NCBI GenBank assembly: GCA_903884425.1
Contig: CAISEP010000001.1
Location: 25,922-89,921 of the forward strand
Reading direction: 5' to 3'
From: an uncultured Caulobacterales bacterium
GTDB taxonomy: Bacteria > Pseudomonadota > Alphaproteobacteria > Caulobacterales > Caulobacteraceae
DNA length: 64,000 nt
In this document: piece after piece, positions 50,725 through 61,134 of the stretch
Layout: every line of letters starts with the position of its first letter
Numbering within the stretch: position 1 is the stretch's first letter
Position numbers and translations under genes: made by a program
Notes under the pieces: model-generated
Told to the model about the DNA's origin: nothing
Database searches by the model: none
The model's input: only the letters and a program-made list of their open reading frames with translations

Positions 50725-50945
50725 TGGACGACGCCCCCGAGCTGGCCGAGGCCCGGGTCCTGGCGGCCCTGCAGCAGCAGTTCCGCCGGATGGTGGGCCT
50801 GATGGCCATCTGCGGGGTCGTGGCCCTTGTGGCCGCTGTCTGCTTCCTTGTCGCGCACCAGGCGTGGGGGCTGTGGCTTTTTATCGCGGCTCTGGTGAGC
50901 GGGTTCGCCGCTCAGGTGTGGTTCGTGGCGGCCATGCGCCGCTGA
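50724..50945 (+). CDS. Unassigned small membrane protein (URF) after nuoE
   Basis: 73 aa with two hydrophobic helices. Its ATG shares one nt with the nuoE TGA (TGATG). Confidence 0.5.
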   Translation: MDDAPELAEARVLAALQQQFRRMVGLMAICGVVALVAAVCFLVAHQAWGLWLFIAALVSGFAAQVWFVAAMRR

Positions 50946-51063
50946 CCCCATAGGTATCCGGGACAGGCCGGGACATGGGCTGTCATCACGGCGAAAGAAG
51001 AACCGTGCAGAACATGTCCGGCAGCGGATCGTCCGGTGGGGACGACGGTTCGGAGGGGCGGGT

Positions 51064-51492
51064 TTGAGCAAGCGTGACACGCCGGGCAAGGGGTCTGCGG
51101 CGTCGACGTCCGGACGCGGACGCCCCGCGGCCCGTGGGCAGCGCCGCAGCCGGTCCGGCCCGGGTTTCATCCTCAATCTGATCGGCGCGGCGGCCATGGC
51201 CGTGGTCGGGGTGCCGTTCCGGGGCGCACAGGCCCCCGCGGGCGGCGCAGAAGTCTCCGGCGGCGCGAGTTCGCAGTTGGTTTTGGGTGCGTCTGGCGCT
51301 ATGTCGCACTCCACGTCGTCCGACAACGGCGAGAGTCGCGCACCCATCCCGGCGGACCCCGGCCTGCCGGGTCCGGCGGATCGCATCCGGTCCTTCGAGA
51401 CCGATGACACCGATCCGGAGCGACATCGCCAGTCGGAACTCATTAAGGGCCGGGCTGCGGATACCCGCTCCGCCGCGGCTGGGAGATCGCGA
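51064..51492 (+). CDS. Coding-like open frame fused in-frame to nuoF (either an N-terminal extension or a fourth URF without its own stop)
   Basis: There are 143 codons from TTG 51064 with no stop before the canonical nuoF ATG. By hand count about 80 percent of third positions are G/C. It contains one hydrophobic helix, [19 protein letters not shown]. Translation is unproven. Confidence 0.3.
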
Positions 51493-52806
51493 ATGGTCGG
51501 CATCCTGGAAGACAAGGATCGAATCTTCACCAACCTGTACGGATTCCACGACTGGGGTCTGGAGGGGGCGAAGGCGCGGGGGTGCTGGAATGCCACCCGC
51601 GAGATCCTGCAGCAGGGACCGGACTGGATCATCGACAACATGAAGGCCTCGGGCCTGCGCGGCCGCGGCGGCGCGGGCTTCTCCACCGGCCTGAAGTGGT
51701 CCTTCATGCCCAAGGAGGTCGGCGCGCGGCCGCACTATCTGGTGGTCAATGCCGACGAGTCGGAGCCGGGCACCTGCAAGGACCGGGAAATCCTGCGCCA
51801 TGACCCGCACCTGCTGATCGAAGGCTGCCTGATCGCCTCCTTCGCCATGCATGCGCACGCCTGCTACATCTATCTGCGCGGGGAATATGTGCGGGAGCGC
51901 GAGGTCCTCGAGGAAGCGGTGAAGCAGGCCTATGAGGCGAAGCTGATCGGCAAGGACAACATCCACGGCTGGGACTTCGACCTCTATGTCCATCACGGGG
52001 CAGGGGCCTATATCTGCGGCGAGGAAACCGCCCTGCTGGAAAGCCTGGAAGGCAAGAAGGGCCAGCCGCGCCTGAAGCCGCCGTTCCCGGCGGGGGCCGG
52101 CCTCTATGGCTGCCCGACCACGGTGAACAATGTGGAGTCCATCGCCGTGGCCGGGACCATCCTGCGCCGCGGGGCCGCCTGGTTCGCAGGTCTCGGCCGG
52201 GCCAACAACACCGGCACCAAGCTGATGTGCATCTCCGGCCACGTGAACAAGCCGTGCAACGTGGAAGAGGCCATGTCCATTCCGCTGCGCCAGCTGCTGG
52301 AAGAGCACTGCGGCGGGGTCCGGGGCGGCTGGGGCAACCTGAAGGCCGTCATTCCCGGCGGCTCGTCCGTGCCGATGATCACGGCGGAGCAGTGCGAGAC
52401 CGCGCTGATGGACTTCGATTCCCTGCGGGAACTGCGCTCGGGCCTCGGCACGGCGGCGGTGATCGTGATGGACAAGTCCACCGATCTGGTCCGCGCCATT
52501 GCCCGCATCAGCTATTTCTACAAGCACGAAAGCTGTGGACAATGCACCCCCTGCCGCGAAGGCACCGGCTGGATGTGGCGGGTGATGGAGCGCATGGCCC
52601 GGGGCGAGGCGGAGATGAAGGAGATCGATCTTCTCCTCGATGTGGCGTCCCAGGTGGAAGGCCATACCATCTGTGCCCTGGGTGATGCCGCGGCCTGGCC
52701 GATCCAGGGCCTGTTCCGGCATTTCCGACCGGAGATCGAGGAGCGGATCGCCAGCTATCGCAGCGGGCGTCCCCACGTCCAGGGCCACGCCATCGCGGCG
52801 GAGTAG
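51493..52806 (+). CDS. nuoF: NADH-quinone oxidoreductase subunit F
   Basis: ATG 51493 has GGGAGA 6 nt upstream. It starts [17 protein letters not shown] and reads [13 protein letters not shown] and [12 protein letters not shown]. Confidence 0.95.
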   Translation: MVGILEDKDRIFTNLYGFHDWGLEGAKARGCWNATREILQQGPDWIIDNMKASGLRGRGGAGFSTGLKWSFMPKEVGARPHYLVVNADESEPGTCKDREILRHDPHLLIEGCLIASFAMHAHACYIYLRGEYVREREVLEEAVKQAYEAKLIGKDNIHGWDFDLYVHHGAGAYICGEETALLESLEGKKGQPRLKPPFPAGAGLYGCPTTVNNVESIAVAGTILRRGAAWFAGLGRANNTGTKLMCISGHVNKPCNVEEAMSIPLRQLLEEHCGGVRGGWGNLKAVIPGGSSVPMITAEQCETALMDFDSLRELRSGLGTAAVIVMDKSTDLVRAIARISYFYKHESCGQCTPCREGTGWMWRVMERMARGEAEMKEIDLLLDVASQVEGHTICALGDAAAWPIQGLFRHFRPEIEERIASYRSGRPHVQGHAIAAE

Positions 52807-52890
52807 GGGCCGATGGGCTCTTGCCTTATGCCGCAAAGTGTTTCACCACCCCGCCACTGCCGCACCGCCGAAGACTAGGATCCCGTCGAG

Positions 52891-54951
52891 ATGCCCATCG
52901 CCAAGGTCAATGGCATAGAGGTCGAGTTCGAGCCGGGCATGACCGTGCTCCAGGTTGCCGAACTGGCCGGGGAGGAGATCCCGCGCTTCTGCTATCACGA
53001 GCGCCTCTCCATCGCCGGCAACTGCCGCATGTGCCTGGTGGAAGTGAAGCCCGGTCCGCCCAAGCCGCAGGCCTCCTGCGCGCTGCCGGCGGCGGACAAG
53101 CAGGAGATCTTCACCAACTCGCCCATGGTCAAGAAGGCCCGGGAAGGGGTGATGGAGTTCCTGCTCGTCAACCACCCCCTGGACTGCCCGATCTGCGACC
53201 AGGGCGGCGAATGCGACCTGCAGGACGAGGCCATGGGCTATGGCCGCGCCGGGTCGCGGTTCGACGAGAACAAGCGCGCCGTGGACGAGAAGTTCATGGG
53301 GCCGCTGATCAAGACCACCATGACCCGCTGCATCCAGTGCACCCGCTGCGTGCGCTTCGCCACCGAGGTGGCCGGAGTGTCGGAGCTGGGCCTGCTCAAT
53401 CGCGGCGAGGATGCGGAGATCAGCACCTATCTGGAAGGCGCGGTCACCTCGGAACTGTCCGGCAATCTGGTGGACCTGTGCCCGGTGGGGGCGCTGACCT
53501 CCAAGCCCTATGCCTTCAACGCCCGGCCCTGGGAGCTGACCAAGACCGAGACGGTGGACGTGATGGACGGCCTCGGGGCCTCCATCCGGGTGGATGCCCG
53601 GGGTCCGGCGGTGCTGCGGGTGCTGCCCCGGACCAATGACGAGATCAACGAGGAGTGGATCTCCGACAAGACCCGCCATGCGGTGGACGGCCTCGCCCGC
53701 CAGCGGCTGGACCAGCCCTATGTGAAGATCGACGGCAAGCTGCGTCCCGCCAGTTGGGGCCAGGCCTTTGCCGCCATCGCCGCCCGGGTGAAGGCGACGA
53801 CGCCGGACCGGATGGGCCTGATCGCCGGTGACCTGCAGGACGCGGAGTCCATGAAGGCCGCCATGGACCTGTTCCGGTCGCTGGGCGTTGCCAGCATCGA
53901 CTGCCGCCAGGACGGCAGCGTGCTCGGGACCGGCCCGCGGGAGAGCTGGCTGTTCAACTCCACCATCGCCGGGATCGACGAAGCCGACGCCATCATGCTC
54001 ATCGGTGCCAATCCCCGGCTGGAGGCCCCGGTGCTGAACGCCCGGATCCGCCGCCGGTGGCTGACCGGCAAGCTGCTCACCGGCGTGATCGGCGAGGCGG
54101 CGGACCTGACCTATCGGTACAACCACCTGGGCACCTCGCCGGAGGCCATCCGCCAGTTCGTGGCCCACGGTCCGATCTCCAAGGAAAAGCCGATGTTCAT
54201 CATCGGCCAAGGCGCGCTGAACCGGCCGGATTCGGCGGCGGTGCTGCAGATGCTGGGCGCGGCGGCCAAGTCCATGGGCGTGGTGCGCGAGGGCTGGAAC
54301 GGCTTCAACGTGCTGCACACGGCCGCGTCCCGAGTGGGCGGCCTCGACATGGGCTTCGTGCCGGCCGCGGGTGGGCGCAACACCCACGCCATGCTGGCCG
54401 CGGCGGAGGCGGGGGAGCTGGACGTGCTCTATCTGCTGGGGGCCGACGAGATCGACACCTCGCGCCTCGGCAAGGCCTTCGTCATCTATCAGGGCACCCA
54501 CGGGGATGCCGGGGCCCAGGCCGCCGACGTGATCCTGCCGGGTGCGGCCTATACGGAAAAGCCGGGCATCTATGTGAACACCGAAGGCCGGACCCAGATC
54601 GCCAACCGCGCCGTGTTCCCCAAGGGCGACGCCAAGGAGGACTGGAGCATCTTCCGCGCCCTGTCCGAGGATCTCGGCCATCGGCTGCCCTATGACAGCC
54701 TGGAGGCCCTGCGCCGCAGGCTGATCCAGGACCACCCGACCTTCGGCCAGGTGGACCATGCGCCGGGTCACGTGTCCGCCGGCACCTTCGACGTGGGGGC
54801 CATCGGCACGGCGGGGGAGGTGGCGGACACGCCCTTCCGGTCGCCGGTGACGGACTTCCACCTGACCAACCCCATCGCGCGCGCCAGCGTCACCATGGCC
54901 GAGTGCGCCCGAAGCCTGAAGGCCGCCCGCGGCCTCCTGGCCGCGGAATAG
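52891..54951 (+). CDS. nuoG: NADH-quinone oxidoreductase subunit G
   Basis: 686 aa. It reads [37 protein letters not shown] and [10 protein letters not shown]. Confidence 0.96.
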   Translation: MPIAKVNGIEVEFEPGMTVLQVAELAGEEIPRFCYHERLSIAGNCRMCLVEVKPGPPKPQASCALPAADKQEIFTNSPMVKKAREGVMEFLLVNHPLDCPICDQGGECDLQDEAMGYGRAGSRFDENKRAVDEKFMGPLIKTTMTRCIQCTRCVRFATEVAGVSELGLLNRGEDAEISTYLEGAVTSELSGNLVDLCPVGALTSKPYAFNARPWELTKTETVDVMDGLGASIRVDARGPAVLRVLPRTNDEINEEWISDKTRHAVDGLARQRLDQPYVKIDGKLRPASWGQAFAAIAARVKATTPDRMGLIAGDLQDAESMKAAMDLFRSLGVASIDCRQDGSVLGTGPRESWLFNSTIAGIDEADAIMLIGANPRLEAPVLNARIRRRWLTGKLLTGVIGEAADLTYRYNHLGTSPEAIRQFVAHGPISKEKPMFIIGQGALNRPDSAAVLQMLGAAAKSMGVVREGWNGFNVLHTAASRVGGLDMGFVPAAGGRNTHAMLAAAEAGELDVLYLLGADEIDTSRLGKAFVIYQGTHGDAGAQAADVILPGAAYTEKPGIYVNTEGRTQIANRAVFPKGDAKEDWSIFRALSEDLGHRLPYDSLEALRRRLIQDHPTFGQVDHAPGHVSAGTFDVGAIGTAGEVADTPFRSPVTDFHLTNPIARASVTMAECARSLKAARGLLAAE

Positions 54952-54964
54952 GAGCGGGGAGCCC

Positions 54965-56041
54965 ATGGGCGATATTCAAGACTTCTGGGGCACTCCCGTC
55001 GGCTGGACCCTGATCACGCTGGGCGAGGTGCTCCTCGTCGTGGTGGGGGTGCTGATCAGCCTGGCCTTCCTGCTGCTGGCCGACCGCAAGATCTGGGCGG
55101 GCGTGCAGATGCGCAAGGGCCCCAACACCGTGGGGGCCTTCGGCCTGCTGCAGTCCTTTGCCGACTTCATCAAGTTCCTGATGAAGGAAATCGTCATCCC
55201 GGCGGGGGCCGACCGCACGGTGTTCCTGCTGGCGCCGCTGGTCAGCTTCGTGCTGGCCTTCATCGGCTGGGCGGTGATCCCGTTCGCGCCGGGCTGGGTG
55301 GTGTCCAACATCAATGTGGGCATCCTCTACCTGCTGGCCATGTCGTCCCTCGGCGTCTACGGCATCATCATGGGAGGCTGGGCCTCCAACTCGAAGTATC
55401 CGTTCCTCGGCAGCCTGCGCTCCGCCGCGCAGATGGTGTCCTACGAGGTCTCCATCGGCTTCATCATCGTTACGGTGATCCTGCTGACCGGTTCCATGAA
55501 CCTGCAGACCATTGTCGAGCACCAGTCCGGCGGCTTCTGGAACTGGAACGTGCTGGGCGGCGGGCTGGAGAAGAACTGGCCCATGGCCTTCGTCATGGTG
55601 CCGATGATGGTGATGTTCTTCATCTCCGCCCTGGCCGAGACCAACCGCCCGCCCTTCGACCTACCGGAAGCGGAGTCGGAACTGGTGGCGGGCTATCAGG
55701 TGGAATACTCGTCCACCCCCTACCTGCTGTTCATGATCGGCGAATATTCGAACATCGTGCTGATGTGCGCGATGATCTCGATCCTGTTCTTCGGCGGCTG
55801 GCAGGCCCCGTTCCCGACGCCGTTCCTGGCGGGCTGGGCCCCGATCCTGGCCAGCCTGTTCGGTCTGGTCTGGTTCGCCATCAAGATCGTCTTCTGGTTC
55901 TTCATGTTCGCCATGATCAAGGCGATCGTGCCGCGCTACCGCTATGACCAGCTGATGCGCCTGGGCTGGAAGATCTTCCTGCCGACGTCCCTCGTCGCCG
56001 TGGCCGTCGTGGCCGGCTGGCGCATCTTCACCAGCGTCTGA
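54965..56041 (+). CDS. nuoH: NADH-quinone oxidoreductase subunit H
   Basis: 358 aa. It reads [16 protein letters not shown] and [20 protein letters not shown]. Confidence 0.96.
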   Translation: MGDIQDFWGTPVGWTLITLGEVLLVVVGVLISLAFLLLADRKIWAGVQMRKGPNTVGAFGLLQSFADFIKFLMKEIVIPAGADRTVFLLAPLVSFVLAFIGWAVIPFAPGWVVSNINVGILYLLAMSSLGVYGIIMGGWASNSKYPFLGSLRSAAQMVSYEVSIGFIIVTVILLTGSMNLQTIVEHQSGGFWNWNVLGGGLEKNWPMAFVMVPMMVMFFISALAETNRPPFDLPEAESELVAGYQVEYSSTPYLLFMIGEYSNIVLMCAMISILFFGGWQAPFPTPFLAGWAPILASLFGLVWFAIKIVFWFFMFAMIKAIVPRYRYDQLMRLGWKIFLPTSLVAVAVVAGWRIFTSV

Positions 56042-56053
56042 GGAGAGAGCTCC

Positions 56054-56551
56054 ATGTCCTTCTTCACGCGCATCGGTCAGGCCGCCAAGGGGGCCATGCT
56101 GCTGGACTTCATCGGGGCCTTTGGCCTCGGGCTGCGCTATCTGGCCGCCCCCAAGAAGACCGTCATGTACCCCTTCGAGAAGGGGCCGCTGAGCCCGCGC
56201 TTCCGGGGGGAACACGCCCTTCGCCGCTATCCCAGCGGGGAGGAGCGCTGCATCGCCTGCAAGCTGTGCGAAGCCATCTGCCCCGCCCAGGCCATCACCA
56301 TCGAGGCCGAGCCCCGGGCCGACGGCAGCCGCCGCACCACCCGCTACGACATCGACATGGTGAAGTGCATCTATTGCGGCCTGTGCCAGGAGGCCTGCCC
56401 GGTGGACGCCATTGTCGAGGGGCCGAATTTCGAGTTTGCGGTCGAGACCCGCGAAGAACTTCTCTATGACAAGGAGCGCCTGCTCGCCAACGGCGACCGT
56501 TGGGAGCGGGAAATCGCGAAAATTCTGGAACTGGATGCGCCCTACCGTTGA
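56054..56551 (+). CDS. nuoI: NADH-quinone oxidoreductase subunit I
   Basis: 165 aa with two 4Fe-4S motifs, [12 protein letters not shown] and [12 protein letters not shown]. Confidence 0.96.
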   Translation: MSFFTRIGQAAKGAMLLDFIGAFGLGLRYLAAPKKTVMYPFEKGPLSPRFRGEHALRRYPSGEERCIACKLCEAICPAQAITIEAEPRADGSRRTTRYDIDMVKCIYCGLCQEACPVDAIVEGPNFEFAVETREELLYDKERLLANGDRWEREIAKILELDAPYR

Positions 56552-56633
56552 TGGCGGTGGGGTTGAACGGGGCAAGGGACCAACGACGGCGGCGCGCCGC
56601 TCTCTTCGGTCCGAAAGGAAGCTGACTAGCGCC

Positions 56634-57245
56634 ATGGATCTGCAGGCGATCGCATTCTACACCCTGGCCGCCATCATGCTGGCCGCCGCCGGGCTCGTGG
56701 TCACGGCCAGGAACCCCGTGCACTCGGTGCTGTTCCTGATCCTGGCCTTCTTCAGCGGGGCAGGGCTGTTCGTGCTGCTGGGGGCAGAGTTCCTGGCGAT
56801 GCTGCTGATCGTCGTCTATGTGGGCGCGGTCGCGGTGCTGTTCCTGTTCGTGGTGATGATGCTGGACGTGGACTTCGTGTCCCTGCGGTCCGGCTTTGCA
56901 CAGTACATGCCCGTGGGCCTGGTGGTCTCGGGCCTGCTGCTGGTGGAGATGGTGATGGTCTCCGGCGCGGTGGCCTCCAGCGGCGCGGCTGCCAAGGTGA
57001 AGGCCGCCGCCGTGACGGGCCGGAGCAACATCGAAGAGATCGGCCGGGTGCTCTATACCGACTATGTCTACTTCTTCCAGGCGGCGGGTCTGGTGCTGCT
57101 GGTGGCCATGATCGGCGCCATCGTGCTGACCCTGCGCCACAAGCCCGGCGTCCGTCGCCAGAACATCGCCGACCAGACGGCCAGGACCCGTAAGTCGGGC
57201 CTTTCCATCGTCAAGGTCGCGACCGGAGAGGGGATTTCGGAATGA
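56634..57245 (+). CDS. nuoJ: NADH-quinone oxidoreductase subunit J
   Basis: The start is at [16 protein letters not shown]. It reads [11 protein letters not shown] and [17 protein letters not shown]. Confidence 0.94.
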   Translation: MDLQAIAFYTLAAIMLAAAGLVVTARNPVHSVLFLILAFFSGAGLFVLLGAEFLAMLLIVVYVGAVAVLFLFVVMMLDVDFVSLRSGFAQYMPVGLVVSGLLLVEMVMVSGAVASSGAAAKVKAAAVTGRSNIEEIGRVLYTDYVYFFQAAGLVLLVAMIGAIVLTLRHKPGVRRQNIADQTARTRKSGLSIVKVATGEGISE

Positions 57246-57550
57246 GCGTGGGTCTTCCCGCCTATCTCGCCGTCGCGGCGGCCCTGTTCACCATCGGGGT
57301 GTTCGGCATCTTCGTGAACCGGCGCAACATCATCGTCGTGTTGATGTCCATCGAGCTGATCCTGCTGGCGGTGAACATCAACCTGGTCTCCTTCTCCATG
57401 TTCCTGCACGACGTGGTGGGGCAGATCTTCGCCATGTTCGTGCTGACCGTGGCCGCCGCCGAGGCGGCCGTAGGCCTGGCGATCCTCGTCACCTTCTTCC
57501 GCAACCGCGGCGACATCGCGGTTGACCATGCCAATATGATGAAAGGCTGA
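57242..57550 (+). CDS. nuoK: NADH-quinone oxidoreductase subunit K
   Basis: 102 aa. Its start overlaps nuoJ as ATGA. It reads [11 protein letters not shown] and [11 protein letters not shown]. Confidence 0.95.
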   Translation: MSVGLPAYLAVAAALFTIGVFGIFVNRRNIIVVLMSIELILLAVNINLVSFSMFLHDVVGQIFAMFVLTVAAAEAAVGLAILVTFFRNRGDIAVDHANMMKG

Positions 57551-57552
57551 GC

Positions 57553-59610
57553 GTGAGCGTCGAGCCTCTCCTTCTGACCCTCGTCTTCGGTCCCCTGGTC
57601 GGTGCCACCCTGGCCGGCCTGTTCGGCCGCCGCCTGGGCGATCTCGTCTCCATGAGCGTGACCACGGGCCTGCTGTTCCTCAGCTGCGGCCTGGCCTGGG
57701 ACGTGTTCTGCGGCTTCTGGGCCGGGCATTCCCATCCGGTGACTGTGGAGATCCTGCCCTTCATCAATGTGGGGGACTTCCACTCCGCCTGGTCCATCCG
57801 CCTCGACACATTGTCGGCGGTGATGCTGATCGTGGTGACCACGGTCTCGGCGCTCGTCCACCTCTACAGCTGGGGCTACATGGCGGACGATCCGTCCAAG
57901 CCGCGGTTCTTCGCCTATCTGTCCCTGTTCACCTTCGCCATGCTGATGCTGGTGACGGCGGCGGACTTCATGCAGCTGTTCTTCGGCTGGGAAGGGGTGG
58001 GGCTGGCCAGCTACCTGCTGATCGGCTTCTGGTTCAAGAAGGACAGCGCGTCCTCGGCGGCCATCAAGGCCTTCGTGGTGAACCGGGTCGGCGACTTCGG
58101 CTTTGCGCTCGGCATCATGACCGTCTTCTGGATGTTCCACACCATCCGCTTCGCCGAGCTGTTCCCGCTGATCGCGGCCAAGCAGAACGCCACCTGGTCC
58201 TTCATCGGCCAGGACTGGAGCGCGCTGGACCTGGCGGGCTTCCTGCTGTTCATCGGGGCCATGGGCAAGTCGGCCCAGTTCTTCCTGCACACCTGGCTGC
58301 CCGACGCCATGGAGGGCCCGACGCCGGTGTCCGCCCTGATCCACGCGGCGACCATGGTCACCGCCGGGGTCTACATGGTCTGCCTGCTGTCGCCGCTCTA
58401 TGAGCATGCGCCGGTGGCCCGGTCGATCATCACCGTGATCGGGGCCATCACCGCCCTGTTCGCCGCGACCGTCGGCCTTGCGCAGAACGACATCAAGCGG
58501 GTGATCGCCTATTCCACCTGCTCGCAGCTGGGCTACATGTTCTTTGCCGCAGGCGTCGGGGCCTATCAGGCGGCCATGTTCCACCTGTTCACCCACGCCT
58601 TCTTCAAGGCCCTGCTGTTCCTGGGCGCGGGCTCCGTGATCCACGGCATGCACCACGAGCAGGACATGCGGAAGATGGGGGCCGTCGGCAAGTTCCTGCC
58701 GATCACCTATGCCGTCATGGTCATCGGCACCATCGCCATCACCGGCCTGGGCATCCCGATCAAGGGCATGGAGATCGGCTTTGCCGGCTTCTTCTCCAAG
58801 GACACCATCCTGGGGGCTGCCTATGCGGCGGGGGAACACTCGCCCTACGGCTATTTCGCCTTCTGCATCGGCGTGTTCGCCGCCGGCCTGACCGCCTACT
58901 ATTCCTGGCGCCTGATCTTCATGACCTTCAACGGCACCGCCAAGTGGGGCGAGCATGCCGACCACGGCCATGACGCCCACGCCCACGACGACCATGCCCA
59001 CGCCCATGACGACCACGGGCACGACCACGGCCACGGCGCGTTCAAGCCGCACGAGAGCCCGGTGGTCATGCTGATCCCGCTGTTCGTGCTGGCGGCAGGG
59101 GCCATCGCGGCGGGCTTCGTCTTTGCCCCGTCCTTCGTGGGCGAGCATCGGGAGGCCTTCTGGCAGGGGGCGATCTTCACCGCCAAGTCCAACGAGGTGC
59201 TGGAGAAGATCGAGAGCCTGCCGAGCTGGGTCGGCTATCTGCCGCTCATCGTCTCGGTGCTTGGGGCGGTCGTGGCGATCTACTTCTACCTGCTGCGCGA
59301 GGGTCTGGCGAAGCGGATCGCCGACAATGACGGCCCGCTGCACCGCTTCCTCTACAACAAGTGGTACTTCGACGAGCTGTACCAGGCGGTGTTCGTCAAC
59401 GGCGCCAAGGCGCTCGGCGACCTGTTCTGGAAGGGCGGCGACCAGAAGATCATCGACGGGCTGGGCCCCAACGGCTTTGCCTGGCTGGCGGGCTTCGCCG
59501 GTCGGCAGCTGGGCCGCATCCAGTCCGGCCTCGTCTATCATTATGCCTTCGTGATGCTCCTCGGCGTGGCGGGACTGCTGTCCTACGCGCTGTGGGCCTT
59601 CGCGCACTGA
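57553..59610 (+). CDS. nuoL: NADH-quinone oxidoreductase subunit L (with an expanded His/Asp-rich loop)
   Basis: 685 aa with a GTG start. It reads [46 protein letters not shown] and a C-terminal amphipathic arm. Confidence 0.95.
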   Translation: MSVEPLLLTLVFGPLVGATLAGLFGRRLGDLVSMSVTTGLLFLSCGLAWDVFCGFWAGHSHPVTVEILPFINVGDFHSAWSIRLDTLSAVMLIVVTTVSALVHLYSWGYMADDPSKPRFFAYLSLFTFAMLMLVTAADFMQLFFGWEGVGLASYLLIGFWFKKDSASSAAIKAFVVNRVGDFGFALGIMTVFWMFHTIRFAELFPLIAAKQNATWSFIGQDWSALDLAGFLLFIGAMGKSAQFFLHTWLPDAMEGPTPVSALIHAATMVTAGVYMVCLLSPLYEHAPVARSIITVIGAITALFAATVGLAQNDIKRVIAYSTCSQLGYMFFAAGVGAYQAAMFHLFTHAFFKALLFLGAGSVIHGMHHEQDMRKMGAVGKFLPITYAVMVIGTIAITGLGIPIKGMEIGFAGFFSKDTILGAAYAAGEHSPYGYFAFCIGVFAAGLTAYYSWRLIFMTFNGTAKWGEHADHGHDAHAHDDHAHAHDDHGHDHGHGAFKPHESPVVMLIPLFVLAAGAIAAGFVFAPSFVGEHREAFWQGAIFTAKSNEVLEKIESLPSWVGYLPLIVSVLGAVVAIYFYLLREGLAKRIADNDGPLHRFLYNKWYFDELYQAVFVNGAKALGDLFWKGGDQKIIDGLGPNGFAWLAGFAGRQLGRIQSGLVYHYAFVMLLGVAGLLSYALWAFAH
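58975..59016 (+). repeat. In-frame tandem duplication, 2 x 21 nt, inside nuoL
   Basis: GCCCACGCCCACGACGACCAT is followed by GCCCACGCCCATGACGACCAC, which encodes AHAHDDH twice. The two copies differ only by two synonymous His-codon changes. Confidence 0.9.
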
Positions 59611-59620
59611 GGGGGCGACC

Positions 59621-61123
59621 GTGAGCCATATCCTTTCCCTCACCACCTTTGCGCCGATCATCGGCGTGCTCGCCATCCTCCTGGTGCGGCTCGTCGCCGG
59701 CCGGAACGGGGAGGAGGCCGCGGGCCGCGCGTCCCTGTGGGTGGCGCTCGCCACGACGCTGGCGACCTTTGCCCTGTCCGTGCTGATGCTGGCCAATTTC
59801 GACGCCCGCGCCACCGGCTTCCAGTTCACCGAGGACATGCCCTGGTTCTCGGTGATCCATTACGCCATGGGGGTGGACGGCATTTCGGTGCTGTTCGTGC
59901 TGCTGACCACCTTCCTGATGCCCATCTGCATCCTGGCCAGCTGGTCCAGCATCAAGACCCGGCTGGTGGAATACCTGATCGCCTTCCTGGTGCTCGAGAC
60001 CCTGATGATCGGGGTCTTCACCTCCCTGGACCTGGTGCTGTTCTACGTCTTCTTCGAGTTCGGCCTGATCCCGATGTTCCTGATCATCGGCGTGTGGGGC
60101 GGCAAGAACCGGGTCTATGCGGCTTACAAGTTCTTCCTCTACACCCTGCTGGGTTCGGTGCTGATGCTGGCGGCGATCCTGGCCATGAGCATGATCGCGC
60201 ACACCACCTCGATCCCGGCCCTGATGCAGTTCCACTTCGCGCCGGAGCTTCAGATCATCTTCTTCCTGGCCTTCTTCGCCTCCTTCGCGGTGAAGATGCC
60301 CATGTGGCCGGTGCACACCTGGCTGCCGGACGCCCACGTGGAGGCCCCCACCGCGGGCTCGGTGATCCTGGCGGGCGTGCTCCTGAAGATGGGGGGCTAC
60401 GGCTTCCTGCGCTTCTCGCTCCCCATGTTCCCGCAGGCGGCGACCTACTTCACGCCGATGATCTTCGCCCTGTCGGCCATCGCCATCGTCTACACCTCGC
60501 TGGTGGCGTTCCGGCAGACGGACATGAAGAAGCTGATCGCCTATTCCTCCGTCGCGCACATGGGCTTCGTCACCATGGGCATCTTCTCCGGCACCCTGCA
60601 GGGCGTGCAGGGGGCGGTGTTCCAGATGCTGAGCCACGGGGTGATCTCCGGCGCGCTATTCCTGTGCGTGGGCGTCATCTATGACCGCATGCACACTCGC
60701 GAGATCGCCTTCTACGGCGGCCTGGCGGACAAGATGCCCTGGTACGCGGCGACCTTCCTGCTGTTCACCATGGGCAATGTGGGCCTGCCCGGAACAAGCG
60801 GCTTCGTGGGCGAGATCCTGACCATGACCGGGGTCTATGGCTCGCCCAGCACGGCGGGGACCTGGACGGCGTTCGTGTCGGCGTCCGGCGTGATCCTGTC
60901 GGCGGTCTATGCCCTGACCCTGTACAAGCGGGTGATGTACGGCAACCTGACCAATCCGAAGCTGGCCGACATCCTCGACCTCGACACACGGGAGGTGGCG
61001 ATCTTCGCCCCCCTGATCGTCAGCGCGCTGGCGCTCGGCGTCTATCCGCATCTGGTATTCAGCTTCACCGACGCGTCGGTCGCCAGCCTGGTGACCGTCT
61101 GGCGCTCTGCGGTCGGCGGCTGA
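59621..61123 (+). CDS. nuoM: NADH-quinone oxidoreductase subunit M
   Basis: 500 aa with a GTG start. It reads [18 protein letters not shown] and [28 protein letters not shown]. Confidence 0.95.
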   Translation: MSHILSLTTFAPIIGVLAILLVRLVAGRNGEEAAGRASLWVALATTLATFALSVLMLANFDARATGFQFTEDMPWFSVIHYAMGVDGISVLFVLLTTFLMPICILASWSSIKTRLVEYLIAFLVLETLMIGVFTSLDLVLFYVFFEFGLIPMFLIIGVWGGKNRVYAAYKFFLYTLLGSVLMLAAILAMSMIAHTTSIPALMQFHFAPELQIIFFLAFFASFAVKMPMWPVHTWLPDAHVEAPTAGSVILAGVLLKMGGYGFLRFSLPMFPQAATYFTPMIFALSAIAIVYTSLVAFRQTDMKKLIAYSSVAHMGFVTMGIFSGTLQGVQGAVFQMLSHGVISGALFLCVGVIYDRMHTREIAFYGGLADKMPWYAATFLLFTMGNVGLPGTSGFVGEILTMTGVYGSPSTAGTWTAFVSASGVILSAVYALTLYKRVMYGNLTNPKLADILDLDTREVAIFAPLIVSALALGVYPHLVFSFTDASVASLVTVWRSAVGG

Positions 61124-61134
61124 GGGAGAATAGG

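Noticed and set aside
50975-51067. 31-codon ORF ([30 protein letters not shown]) between the third URF and the nuoF-fused frame.
   Set aside because: It is too short and low in complexity to support as a gene. It is mentioned only because its TGA overlaps the TTG of the downstream frame.
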